NCBI GenBank assembly: GCA_964634935.1
Contig: CAZWJT010000002.1
Span: 138,643-202,642 of the forward strand
DNA length: 64,000 nt
Direction: 5' to 3'
DNA from: an uncultured Planctomycetia bacterium
GTDB taxonomy: Bacteria > Omnitrophota > Gorgyraeia > Duberdicusellales > Duberdicusellaceae
A program made the position numbers and the translations under genes. Below the pieces are notes generated by a model. That model was not told the origin of the DNA. It did not search any database and saw only the letters and a program-made list of their open reading frames with translations. Shown piece by piece: positions 8,701 through 16,880 of this stretch; within the stretch, counting starts at the first letter, position 1; the number at the start of each line of letters is the position of its first letter.

Positions 8701-8813
8701 ATCGGAAGCTCAAAAAGACACGAAAACAAGATCCAGCGCGAACGCCGATTCCTGAAAATGCGGTAAGCAAAGAAAAAAAGAATCCCCCGGCGTATCTCGA
8801 GAAACGCAGTTAA
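5718..8813 (+). CDS. Secreted 1031-aa helical repeat protein (TPR-like ~70-aa modules with recurring x-F-x-x-A-x-x-x-L-x-x-L-x-x-x-[YFH]P motif); function unknown
   Basis: Signal peptide MKRVILFCFFLFITAGISFA. K/E-rich. Recurrent module, e.g. KKFAQAQSLLDGLKKRHPENAEM, ADFDEAKKILSGLKERHPSAKEI, QKFAEAKNSLLSLQKEFPEYQQI, KQYVEAQNILTHYKSTFPAYKKI. Contains perfect internal nucleotide duplications. Confidence 0.6.
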   Translation: MKRVILFCFFLFITAGISFAATDRIIRYGERVEQYYHAGDYDAVIQVCQKILNISAQNNFARDYINKAETNKTIQADIERLVESDNVLLAEEKINYLLRESPGSRKLQKLEKQVAYAKSRLQKKLSQEMYGFSVERIRACIMEKKFAQAQSLLDGLKKRHPENAEMRTLSKTLAQRVEQDKQEKFIAQRSSDIASITERIDAALRNNEFSSARGALTQLTQAYPSDSLVNARAVSLEQKIKLSEASFLKEKERNEKAELLKEQKFTQEMADIETMMQKENYTDAEQRLLMLKKNYPQKGAEVDNQFTQLEQIQKLSREVNSLLLSELFDQALERTRVSREFYGGNAHILELLNNWDRKIITSKVRALESLEKRKVEEGKKQFFTDIGTLRILIDEKKFAQAQSLLDGLKKRHPENAEMRTLSKTLAQRVEQDKQEKFIAQRSSDIASITERIDAAIEKSDFTRAFEATEELRKSYPGDSLVSKTAISLDKKISSQRTRYLSEVQKKERSEQEKTLAAQKEDLRNSTAGMEDAIRKADFDEAKKILSGLKERHPSAKEIQETAVSFGNKIKTAEEAFLRKNQQKEKQLFTATKESDALTISQTVLNHIEAADFSAARAALHSYKAKYLKEQDAQKKVLLLEEKIKTAEHLHQNQQEEIRKKFTQEMADIETMMQKENYTDAEQRLLMLKKNYPQKGAEVEKVLQRVESALEKVKIEQEKKSAAEKRRQQERDLIFAQRLEGITTLITQQKFAEAKNSLLSLQKEFPEYQQIKEFLKDIDSRIQQHNVEQKKIAARKENTEDNVMQELAVRFNAAYSKKQYVEAQNILTHYKSTFPAYKKIHSFTEEKFALLRKVRAEENLKQNLKTQKSFGHATLAKDELVAQVEVLIHDEYLARNDFEGARMVLGEFDSNFSIDPYLEQKIKSIGRTINQAEERHKSLAGISTTGYGDEVLDGKIAKLEMFIQLGDFINARNLSDELLRTYPENIQVRTLAETLNRKLKKTRKQDPARTPIPENAVSKEKKNPPAYLEKRS
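6144..6325 (+). repeat. 182-bp perfect direct repeat, copy 1 (copy 2 at 6900-7081), in frame within the repeat-protein gene
   Basis: I read the two stretches as base-for-base identical (gaaaagaaatttgctcaagcccaatcattgctcgatgg … gagcgtattgatgcggc). They encode the identical peptide EKKFAQAQSLLDGLKKRHPENAEMRTLSKTLAQRVEQDKQEKFIAQRSSDIASITERIDAA. Confidence 0.85.
6505..6625 (+). repeat. 121-bp perfect direct repeat, copy 1 (copy 2 at 7693-7813), in frame within the repeat-protein gene
   Basis: Identical run aaaaattcacccaagaaatggcggatatcgaaacaatgatgcaaaagg … gggcgccgaagtgga. Encodes KFTQEMADIETMMQKENYTDAEQRLLMLKKNYPQKGAEV twice. Confidence 0.85.
6900..7081 (+). repeat. 182-bp perfect direct repeat, copy 2
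   Basis: Identical to 6144-6325 by my reading. Confidence 0.85.
7693..7813 (+). repeat. 121-bp perfect direct repeat, copy 2
   Basis: Identical to 6505-6625 by my reading. Confidence 0.85.
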
Positions 8814-8826
8814 ATAGTGTGAACAG

Positions 8827-10059
8827 ATGATTCGGAATATTAAAATACTTGCGATGATTATGGCTGGCGGCAGAGGAGAGCGTCTTTATCCTTTGACTTT
8901 AGACCGAACGAAGCCTTCTGTCCCTTTTGCCGGTAAGTACCGGATTATTGATTTTGTGCTCAGTAATTTTATTAATTCGGGAATATATTCAATTTATGTT
9001 TTAGTCCAGTATAAATCGCAATCACTTATTGAACATATTCGCAGTGGATGGAAGCGGCAGGGGATGCTTTCGAGTCATTTCATTACGGTCGTTCCTCCTC
9101 AGATGCGGCGGGGACAGAAGGAGTGGTATCGGGGAACAGCCGACTCAATTTATCAGAATATCAACCTTATTCTTGATTTTAAACCTGATTTAGTCGCTGT
9201 TTTCGGAGGCGATCATATCTATCGAATGAACATTAATGATATGATACACGCGCATATAACAAAAAAAGCTGACGTTACGGTAGCCTGTATGCCATGTTGT
9301 AAAGAGCAAGCTGGGGCTTTTGGGATTGTCGATATTGATGCGAATGCGATGGTCAAGAGATTTCGCGAAAAACCGAAAAATCTCAGTCTGATCCGAGGAC
9401 AAGAAGTTTTCATCTCGATGGGAAATTATATTTTTTCAACGAATGCGTTGATTGAATCGTTACGTGCGGATGATGCATACAAAAATTCTTCCCATGATTT
9501 TGGGAAAGATGTGATTCCTTCCCTTGTTGCACAAAAAAAACGTGTATTTTCATACGATTTTTCGAAAAATAAAGTCCCGGGCTTAAAGCCCTATGAAAAG
9601 AAGGAATATTGGCAAGACGTTGGGACGATTAAAAGTTTCTGGCAATCGAATATGGAAATACTTGGAGAAAACCCGGTGTTCGATCTCGACAATCGGCAAT
9701 GGCCAATCTATGCATCATCGCTTGATTGTCCGCCAGCAAAAATAGTGAAAAGTGAAATTGTAAATTCTTGTCTTGCAGAAGGATGCATTTTATCCAATGC
9801 ATTCGTCAAAAATTCTATCTTGGGAAGATCGGTCATTCTTGAGGCCGATGTTGAAATTGAAAACTCGATCATTATGGATTTTTGTCTTATCAAGAAAGGA
9901 GCAAAAATCCGCAACGCAATTATTGACCGTTTCAACGTGATTCCCGCTCATACTCGGATCGGTTATAACCGACTTCAGGATGCCCGCGCGTATCATTACG
10001 ATGTTGAATCGGGCATTGTTGTTGTAAAGCGCGGAGCCCGCCAGGTATTGTATTGGTAA
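8827..10059 (+). CDS. glgC: Glucose-1-phosphate adenylyltransferase
   Basis: N-terminal AMIMAGGRGERLYPLTLDRTKPSVPFAGKYRIIDFVLSNFINSGI (nucleotidyltransferase G-loop and GlgC signature). C-terminal left-handed beta-helix region. 410 aa. Confidence 0.85.
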   Translation: MIRNIKILAMIMAGGRGERLYPLTLDRTKPSVPFAGKYRIIDFVLSNFINSGIYSIYVLVQYKSQSLIEHIRSGWKRQGMLSSHFITVVPPQMRRGQKEWYRGTADSIYQNINLILDFKPDLVAVFGGDHIYRMNINDMIHAHITKKADVTVACMPCCKEQAGAFGIVDIDANAMVKRFREKPKNLSLIRGQEVFISMGNYIFSTNALIESLRADDAYKNSSHDFGKDVIPSLVAQKKRVFSYDFSKNKVPGLKPYEKKEYWQDVGTIKSFWQSNMEILGENPVFDLDNRQWPIYASSLDCPPAKIVKSEIVNSCLAEGCILSNAFVKNSILGRSVILEADVEIENSIIMDFCLIKKGAKIRNAIIDRFNVIPAHTRIGYNRLQDARAYHYDVESGIVVVKRGARQVLYW

Positions 10060-10077
10060 TTTGTTTTTGTATCTTCA

Positions 10078-11955
10078 ATGCGGAAACGAACAAGTGAGTT
10101 TGATGTCATTGTTGTAGGAGCAGGCCATGCGGGCATTGAAGCAGCTTCTGCTGTTTCGCGCCTGAAGTGTTCCGTGCTTCTTATCACAATGAGCATTGAT
10201 AACATCGGAAAAATATCCTGTAATCCTGCGGTTGGCGGGGTTGCAAAATCGCACTTGGTCCGGGAGGTAGATATTTTCGGCGGAGCCATCGCTCGGCTTG
10301 CTGATTTGTCCGCAACCCAATATCGAGTGTTGAATCAGAGTAAAGGTAAAGCGGTCTGGGCTCTGCGCGTTCAAATCGACCGCCACCTGTATAATCGCCA
10401 GGCAAAAGATCTCATCCTGTCCTTGCCCAATCTCCGCGTATTTGAAACTGAGGTAGAAGAAATTTTGACGCTGAGAAACAGAGTATACGGGGTGTTAACT
10501 CAAGCAGGGGAATTTTTTTCATCTCGGGTTATTCTCTGTCCCGGAACATTTCTTGATGGACTCGTACATATCGGTTTTCGGCATTTTCCTCAAGGACGAT
10601 TAGGAGAGCCAGCTTCACAGGGTCTTTTTCGCTCTCTAAAAAAACACGGATTTTTACTGAAACATTTTAAAACCGGCACATGTCCACGGATAGATTTCCG
10701 CACGCTTGATTTTTCCCGGATGAACGAACAAAAGCCAGATTATCAAGCGGGTCCGTTTTCGATATATACCGATGGCATTCCAAATAATCAGTTGAGTTGT
10801 TTTATTACCGCTACGAATCAAAAAACACACGCGCTTGTAAAACGTAATTTGCGGTATTCTCCTCTTTACCAAGGCATTATTAAGGGTACAAGCGTGCGTT
10901 ACTGTCCTTCATTGGAGGATAAGGTAGTGAAGTTTGACGCACGAAAAAGCCATCATGTTTTCATTGAGCCAGAAGGTTTTTCTACATTTGAAGCCTACCC
11001 GAACGGCATTTCGAATTCTCTTCCATTTGATGTGCAATGTGAGCTTGTTCACTCCATTCCAGGCATGGAGAAGGCAACTATCCTAAAACCCGGATACGGG
11101 ATAGAACATGCGGTCATTGATGCCCGCGTGCTCTATCCAACTCTTGAAGCAAAAAAAATCCGAGGCCTCTTTTTTGCCGGGCAGATCAACGGAACAACTG
11201 GATATGAAGAGGCAGCAGCTCAGGGGTTAGTTGCAGGGGTAAACGCTGCTTTGCAGATTCATAAAAAACCGCCTTTTATTTTGGGTCGCCGTGAAAGCTT
11301 TATTGGTCTTTTGATTGATGAACTTATTGAAAAAGGCACCAATGAACCATACCGAATGTTTACCTCGCGCTCCGAACTACGGATGACACTAAGAGAAAGT
11401 AATGCTGACAGGCGACTGTATCGCATGTCTTTTCAATACGGACTTATTGACGAAAAAATATTTCATCGAATTGCTGAGAAGGAAAAAAGAATTCAGGAGT
11501 CAATACGGCAGTTAAAAACCATCAAGATTCATCCAACGCCAGACGTAAACCAAAAACTTCTCCAACTCAACACAAGTTCAATTCATCAAACTATTTGTCT
11601 TGGTGATCTATTGAAGCGGCCGCAAATCGTTTTTTCCCACCTTTCCCATTTTTCCTATATTTCTAAGCTTACTCCCCGGGAAGAAGATGAGGTTGAGATT
11701 GAGATTAAATACGAAGGGTTTTTAAAGCGGGAATTACATCAACTCGCAGAACTGAAAGATTTGGATCGGGTAAAATTGCCGTATATTCCTCAAGTTTCCG
11801 GGCTTTCTCGTGAAATTATTGAAAAGCTTAAAACTTTTCAGCCTAGAACAATCGGACAGGCTCTGCAAATTCCCGGATTCACCGTTGCCGCAGCGCTCAT
11901 TCTTCTTAATTATTTTCGCTCAAAAAAACATTCCAAACAATCCCTGGAAAAATAA
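10078..11955 (+). CDS. mnmG: tRNA uridine 5-carboxymethylaminomethyl modification enzyme MnmG (GidA)
   Basis: FDVIVVGAGHAGIEAA FAD-binding motif, 625 aa, MnmG-typical length and conserved blocks (…GPRYCPSIEDK-like SVRYCPSLEDKVVKF…). Confidence 0.9.
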   Translation: MRKRTSEFDVIVVGAGHAGIEAASAVSRLKCSVLLITMSIDNIGKISCNPAVGGVAKSHLVREVDIFGGAIARLADLSATQYRVLNQSKGKAVWALRVQIDRHLYNRQAKDLILSLPNLRVFETEVEEILTLRNRVYGVLTQAGEFFSSRVILCPGTFLDGLVHIGFRHFPQGRLGEPASQGLFRSLKKHGFLLKHFKTGTCPRIDFRTLDFSRMNEQKPDYQAGPFSIYTDGIPNNQLSCFITATNQKTHALVKRNLRYSPLYQGIIKGTSVRYCPSLEDKVVKFDARKSHHVFIEPEGFSTFEAYPNGISNSLPFDVQCELVHSIPGMEKATILKPGYGIEHAVIDARVLYPTLEAKKIRGLFFAGQINGTTGYEEAAAQGLVAGVNAALQIHKKPPFILGRRESFIGLLIDELIEKGTNEPYRMFTSRSELRMTLRESNADRRLYRMSFQYGLIDEKIFHRIAEKEKRIQESIRQLKTIKIHPTPDVNQKLLQLNTSSIHQTICLGDLLKRPQIVFSHLSHFSYISKLTPREEDEVEIEIKYEGFLKRELHQLAELKDLDRVKLPYIPQVSGLSREIIEKLKTFQPRTIGQALQIPGFTVAAALILLNYFRSKKHSKQSLEK

Positions 11956-11968
11956 AAACATTTTACTC

Positions 11969-13090
11969 TTACGCTTGAGCTAAAGTGATAATTTCTTGGG
12001 CAGTGCGCATGCAGGCGTTTTCTGGAAGGAGTTCTTTTCGGAGATCGTGAAGCGCACCACGCAGAGCGGCGGTTTGCTGATGATCACTCAACAAACTGCA
12101 TGCTTTCTGGGCGATACGCTCAGGAGTCGCATCATTTTGAATGAACTCCGGAAATATATTTTTTTGTGCGATGATATTTGGCATGGCAATAAAGGGCACA
12201 CGAACGAGAAATTTCAAAATGTGCCAGCTCAGCGCATTGAGTTTGTAGAATACAATGGAGGGAACACCTAAGATTGCCAATTCCATAGTGACGGTGCCAG
12301 ATGCAGTAAGCGCAAGATCGCATGCCTTCATGTGTTCGTAATGACGGGTCGGGATGCAAACAGTATCGTTTGCTTTTAATATTGAGAATAATTCATCAGG
12401 AAGTTGTGGATGCTGGAAGACTATAAACCGGGCGCGAATTTTTTTTGCGATAATTTCTTTGGCAGCATGCAGCATCGGAAGATGATGTATCACCTCTTTT
12501 TTCCGAGATCCGGGTAGAAGTCCGATAACTTTTTCATCCGAAGCTAGCGACAGGGTTTTCTTTATTTCCGATACGTCAGCTGATGTCGGGAGTATTTCAA
12601 GTAAGGGATGGCCGACATAGACAACGGATATTTTGGCCTCCCGGTAGAGTTTTTCTTCAAACGGGAAAATAACCGCGATTTTGTCCACATATCTTTTAAT
12701 CTGGATGATCCTTTTTTTACGCCAAGCCCAAACCTGTGGGCTGATAAAATAGAATACCTTATATCCTTTTTTCTTGAGAATTTTACTTAGGCGTAAGTTA
12801 AAATCAGGGTAATCAACCAAAACAACAACGCTTGGTTTTATTTCATCGATCGACTTTGTGATCGAATGAAATGCTGCAAGAACTTTATGAATATAGCGTC
12901 CGACTTCCCAGATCCCTGTTACCGCAAGGGCAGTGAGTGGAAAGACACAATGCGTTGCTTGCTCAAGATGGTTCCCTCCGGCGGAGAAGATTCCGATGTC
13001 TGGTTTGATGGTTTTTAAGTGCGTTGCCACTCGGGCAGCATAGAGGTCGCCCGATGGATCACCCGCGACAAAAAAGACAGAATCAGACAT
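11969..13090 (-). CDS. lpxB: Lipid-A-disaccharide synthase
   Basis: 373 aa. N-terminus MSDSVFFVAGDPSGDLYAARVATHLK matches the LpxB start (…AGEPSGD…). GT-B fold pattern throughout. Confidence 0.85.
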   Translation of the reverse strand: MSDSVFFVAGDPSGDLYAARVATHLKTIKPDIGIFSAGGNHLEQATHCVFPLTALAVTGIWEVGRYIHKVLAAFHSITKSIDEIKPSVVVLVDYPDFNLRLSKILKKKGYKVFYFISPQVWAWRKKRIIQIKRYVDKIAVIFPFEEKLYREAKISVVYVGHPLLEILPTSADVSEIKKTLSLASDEKVIGLLPGSRKKEVIHHLPMLHAAKEIIAKKIRARFIVFQHPQLPDELFSILKANDTVCIPTRHYEHMKACDLALTASGTVTMELAILGVPSIVFYKLNALSWHILKFLVRVPFIAMPNIIAQKNIFPEFIQNDATPERIAQKACSLLSDHQQTAALRGALHDLRKELLPENACMRTAQEIITLAQA

Positions 13091-14006
13091 GCGTTTTTGC
13101 GATGTTACGGTCTATTTCCAGGGCAATACGCAAAGCATCAAGTATCGCTTCGGTTTGTGAAAAATCAGGATCCTTTTTTTCAGATTCGGAAAGAAATGCA
13201 GCAATTTCTTCCTTTAAGGGTTCGTCTTTCGGGATGTCAAGCCGCTGCTGTACGATGCCGGCATCGGTTTTCGTGAAGATTTCGGCTTCTTGCTTCGCGT
13301 AATTGACTGAGATATAAGTTTTAGGAAGAAAAATGCGAATCTTGCGCAGTGAATCCCGGGATATTCGGGAAGCGGAAATGTCAGCAATGCAGCCGTTTTG
13401 GAATGAAATCCGCGCATTCGCAATGTCGGTTGTATTCGAAAGCACCTGGACTCCTACCGCATCGATCCGTTTTACTTTTGATTGGACAAGCGACAAAATA
13501 ATATCCAGATCGTGGATCATAAGATCCAATACGACACTGATATCAAGTGAGCGATTTGGAAAGGGACTCAGTCGGTCGCATTCGATAAACTTTGGTTTTT
13601 TAGCGATCTCGCGGATGCGTTTGAATGCCGGATTGAATCGTTCAACGTGCCCAACCATTAACACAACTCGATTTTTTTTTGCCAGATTGAGCAAAATACG
13701 TGCGTTGCTAAGGTTGTTGCTTAGGGGTTTTTCTACTAAGCAATTCACGCGGTGACTGAGAAAAAAACGAGCTATCGGAAAATGGAGCAAGGTGGGAGTA
13801 GCAATACTGATTGCATCGGGTTTCAGCTTCATTAGCTCTTGATAATTTGTTGTGGCGAGAGCGATGTTTGGGAAGAGACACTTTAGTTCACTGAGTCGAT
13901 TTATGTCTGTGTCACAAATACCGACGATTTCTGCATTCGGCAACGCAGCGTAAATTTTGGTATGAAGAGAACCAAGTTTTCCGAGACCAACTATCGCGAC
14001 TCTCAT
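13083..14006 (-). CDS. Gfo/Idh/MocA-family NAD-dependent oxidoreductase, possibly GnnA-like (UDP-GlcNAc 3-dehydrogenase of the GlcN3N lipid A pathway)
   Basis: MRVAIVGLGKLGSLHTKIYAALPNAEIVGICD Rossmann N-terminus and a Gfo/Idh/MocA C-domain. Overlaps the lpxB start by 8 nt (same operon). The GnnA call is a context inference only. Confidence 0.5.
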   Translation of the reverse strand: MRVAIVGLGKLGSLHTKIYAALPNAEIVGICDTDINRLSELKCLFPNIALATTNYQELMKLKPDAISIATPTLLHFPIARFFLSHRVNCLVEKPLSNNLSNARILLNLAKKNRVVLMVGHVERFNPAFKRIREIAKKPKFIECDRLSPFPNRSLDISVVLDLMIHDLDIILSLVQSKVKRIDAVGVQVLSNTTDIANARISFQNGCIADISASRISRDSLRKIRIFLPKTYISVNYAKQEAEIFTKTDAGIVQQRLDIPKDEPLKEEIAAFLSESEKKDPDFSQTEAILDALRIALEIDRNIAKTHV

Positions 14007-14041
14007 TTTTTTTAAAATATCGCTATTATCTTATCAAAACC

Positions 14042-14070
14042 TTGTGCAATGTCAAACCATCTGGTATAAT
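14042..14070 (+). promoter_or_regulatory. Candidate sigma70-type promoter for msbA: -35 TTGTGC (14042-14047), 14-bp spacer, extended -10 TGgTATAAT (14062-14070)
   Basis: Lies in the divergent intergenic region between the Gfo/Idh/MocA gene (-) and msbA (+). -10 hexamer TATAAT at 14065-14070 preceded by TG at 14062-14063; the 14-bp spacer (14048-14061) is well short of the 17-bp sigma70 optimum, which weakens the call. Confidence 0.3.
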
Positions 14071-14129
14071 TGCGCATACAAAATAAAATCTTAAAAGCCG
14101 CAATTTCCTAAAATATCGTTGAGCATTAT

Positions 14130-15941
14130 ATGAATAACTATTTAAAGCTTTTGCGATTTATCCACAGCTATAAATCCCTTTTTATTTTTGCGTTTCTGTG
14201 CATGGGGGTTTCGACTCTTTTTGATGGCGTAAGCATGGGAATGATCATTCCGGTTGCTGATAAAATATTAACCAACAAGCATATTATTCTTCCGCGCGGT
14301 CTTCCTTCGGTGATCCAGGATTTTGTTGCATACCTCAACAGTTTCGATCCCCTCACTCTTCTGTACGGGAGTGTTGTTTTTTTGCTTATTCTTTTCATTC
14401 TGAAAGGAATTATTCTTTTTATTCAAGGGTACCTTATGAATTTTATTGCACAATCGGTTGTCCGGGACGTGCGAGAAAAGATTTTTTCAAAACTTCAGGA
14501 ATTATCGTTGGATTTTTATTCAACCGCCCGGACGGGCGAACTTATTTCCAGGGTTACGAATGATGCCGGAATTCTCAGCAACGCACTTTCCTACGGAATC
14601 ACAGATCTTATTTATCAGTCAATGCAGGTTGTTCTTTTTACGACGGTCGCTGTTATTATTAATTGGAAACTTGCGTTCTTAACCTTGGTTGTTTTTCCGG
14701 CGATTATTTATCCGATTGTCCGCGTGGGGCGAAAATTAAAAAAACTTTCGCGTACCACCCAAGAACGGATGGCAGATTTGAATATTATTCTTTCGGAAAC
14801 GATTTCGGGAGTGCGCATTGTCAAGGGATTTTCTCAGGAATCTGCCGAAGTGGGGCGTTTTAAACGGAGCAATAACGAGTATTTCCGATTTACCATGAAA
14901 TCGATAAAGCGTACCTTGCTGTTATCTCCGGTTACAGAATTCATCGGTGTTATCGCCGCGGTTATTATATTTTTAATCGGCGGCAGAGATGTCATTGAAG
15001 GTCGGCTTTCTTTCGGTGTTTTTGGCTTCTTCTTCGGGGCGCTTATGTCTATGGTCCGTCCGTTCAAGAAGCTCTCGCAAGTGCATGCGATTAATCAGCA
15101 GGCAATTGCCGCTTCCGAGCGTATCTACACAATCCTGGAGCAAAAGCCGACGGTTGTCGACCATCACGGGTCACTCGCAATACGCGCGCCCACAAATACA
15201 ATTCGCTTCGAGGATATCTGGTTTCGCTATAACCAGAAAGAGGATTTAATTCTTCGTGGCGTTTCGTTTGAAGCTCGCATCGGCCAAACGATTGCGTTGG
15301 TTGGCTCAAGCGGAAGCGGTAAGTCTACTCTCGTAAATCTTATTCCCAGATTTTATGATCCTGACAAAGGGCGTGTTCTTTTTGATGATTTTGATATACG
15401 CCATGCTACGACAAAATCCCTACGCGCGTTTATGGGGATCGTGACTCAAGAAACAGTTCTATTTAACGAAACTGTTGCGTCAAATATCGCTTACGGCAAA
15501 CCTACCGCCTTGCCAGAAGAGATTTATGCTGCGGCTCGAAAAGCTCTTGCGCATGATTTTATTGAGCGTCTTCCCAAGAAGTACGATACGGTCATTGGGG
15601 ATCGTGGTTTTCGGCTCTCTGGCGGAGAAAAACAGCGTATTTGCATCGCACGTGCTATTATTCGCAATCCCGCAATTTTAATCCTTGATGAGGCTACTTC
15701 GCAGCTCGATACAGAATCTGAGCGTATTGTTCAATCGGCTTTGGAGAATGCCATGAAGGACCGGACTGTTTTTGTTATTGCCCATCGCCTGTCAACCGTG
15801 GTAAATGCTTCAAAGATTTTATTAATTCAGAATGGGGCTATTGCTGCAAGCGGAACACATAACGAGTTGCTAAGAAACAACGGTTTTTATCGGAATTTAT
15901 ATGACCGGCAATTTGAGGCAAAGGAGCAAAAAAATATTTGA
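14130..15941 (+). CDS. msbA: ABC transporter permease/ATPase, MsbA-like lipid A/lipid exporter
   Basis: 603 aa. Six-TM N-domain plus NBD with Walker A GSSGSGKST, ABC signature LSGGEKQRICIARAI and Walker B ILILDEATS. Divergently placed next to lpxB. Confidence 0.75.
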   Translation: MNNYLKLLRFIHSYKSLFIFAFLCMGVSTLFDGVSMGMIIPVADKILTNKHIILPRGLPSVIQDFVAYLNSFDPLTLLYGSVVFLLILFILKGIILFIQGYLMNFIAQSVVRDVREKIFSKLQELSLDFYSTARTGELISRVTNDAGILSNALSYGITDLIYQSMQVVLFTTVAVIINWKLAFLTLVVFPAIIYPIVRVGRKLKKLSRTTQERMADLNIILSETISGVRIVKGFSQESAEVGRFKRSNNEYFRFTMKSIKRTLLLSPVTEFIGVIAAVIIFLIGGRDVIEGRLSFGVFGFFFGALMSMVRPFKKLSQVHAINQQAIAASERIYTILEQKPTVVDHHGSLAIRAPTNTIRFEDIWFRYNQKEDLILRGVSFEARIGQTIALVGSSGSGKSTLVNLIPRFYDPDKGRVLFDDFDIRHATTKSLRAFMGIVTQETVLFNETVASNIAYGKPTALPEEIYAAARKALAHDFIERLPKKYDTVIGDRGFRLSGGEKQRICIARAIIRNPAILILDEATSQLDTESERIVQSALENAMKDRTVFVIAHRLSTVVNASKILLIQNGAIAASGTHNELLRNNGFYRNLYDRQFEAKEQKNI

Positions 15942-16034
15942 AATAAAATAGAACTGTGTTATACTTAATATCTTTAAAAAGTCTGCATTACGCAGAAAAT
16001 AACAGGCGATAACGATTATAAACAGGAGGTTACG

Positions 16035-16874
16035 TTGGCATTACCAGAAGAATTAACCAAATTATTAGAGGCAGGGGTTCATTTTGGCCATCAGGCCAAA
16101 CGCTGGAATCCAAAAATGCGGCGGTTTATCTTTGCCAAGCGCAGTGGTATCTATATAATCGATCTCGAGAAAACACTTGAAAAGCTCAATGAAGCTTTAA
16201 AGTTTATCGAAGGGATTGTTGTCAAGAACGGAACTATTCTTTTTGTTGGCACCAAAAAACAAGCAAAAAACATAACCAAGGAGTTAGCCGAGACTTCCGG
16301 GATGCCCTATGTTATTGAACGCTGGGTGGGAGGTCTTTTAACTAATTTTTCAACAATAAAGTCGCGAATTGATCGCTACAATGCAATGCTAAAGCAGCGC
16401 GAAGAAGGCCGGTTTGAAAATTTTGTCAAAAAAGAAGTAGTCATGTTTAACCGTGCGCTTGCGCAGATGGATAAGACCTTTGCTGGATTGCGTACTGTTC
16501 AAGGCTTGCCGGATGCGTTATTTGTTTTTGATCCCAAAAAAGAAATTCTGGCAGTTCGTGAAGCAATGAAGCTTGGTATTCCGATCATCGCTCTTGTCGA
16601 TACTGACGGGGATCCAGACATTCTTGACTACCCCATACCAGGCAACGATGACGCTATTAAATCCATACGCATCATCGCTTCTTTTGTCGCCGATGTTATT
16701 CAAAAAGGGCGAGCGCAGGTTCGTGAAGAGACGCAACGGAAAAATGAAGCGATGGCAGCGCAAGAGGAAACAGTGAAGCTGGACGAAAAACAGGCTGATG
16801 TTTTTGAAGAGATTGAGGAGAAAATTATCGAAGAAGTGAGCGGGAAAGAATTTCGCAAGCCAAAGAAAAGCTAA
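16035..16874 (+). CDS. rpsB: 30S ribosomal protein S2
   Basis: ALPEELTKLLEAGVHFGHQAKRWNPKMRRFIF… TTG start codon at 16035, with an AGGAGG RBS (16025-16030) 4 nt upstream. Confidence 0.95.
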   Translation: MALPEELTKLLEAGVHFGHQAKRWNPKMRRFIFAKRSGIYIIDLEKTLEKLNEALKFIEGIVVKNGTILFVGTKKQAKNITKELAETSGMPYVIERWVGGLLTNFSTIKSRIDRYNAMLKQREEGRFENFVKKEVVMFNRALAQMDKTFAGLRTVQGLPDALFVFDPKKEILAVREAMKLGIPIIALVDTDGDPDILDYPIPGNDDAIKSIRIIASFVADVIQKGRAQVREETQRKNEAMAAQEETVKLDEKQADVFEEIEEKIIEEVSGKEFRKPKKS

Positions 16875-16880
16875 GGAGGC

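Noticed and set aside
13333-13755. 140-aa plus-strand ORF and several other 60-130-aa ORFs antisense to or overlapping annotated genes (e.g. 309-560, 996-1313, 4198-4572, 10075-10386, 12132-12359, 29694-30477, 60499-61005)
   Set aside because: All lie inside longer, well-supported CDSs on the opposite strand or in another frame. They have low-complexity or atypical composition and no recognisable motifs, so they are treated as spurious.
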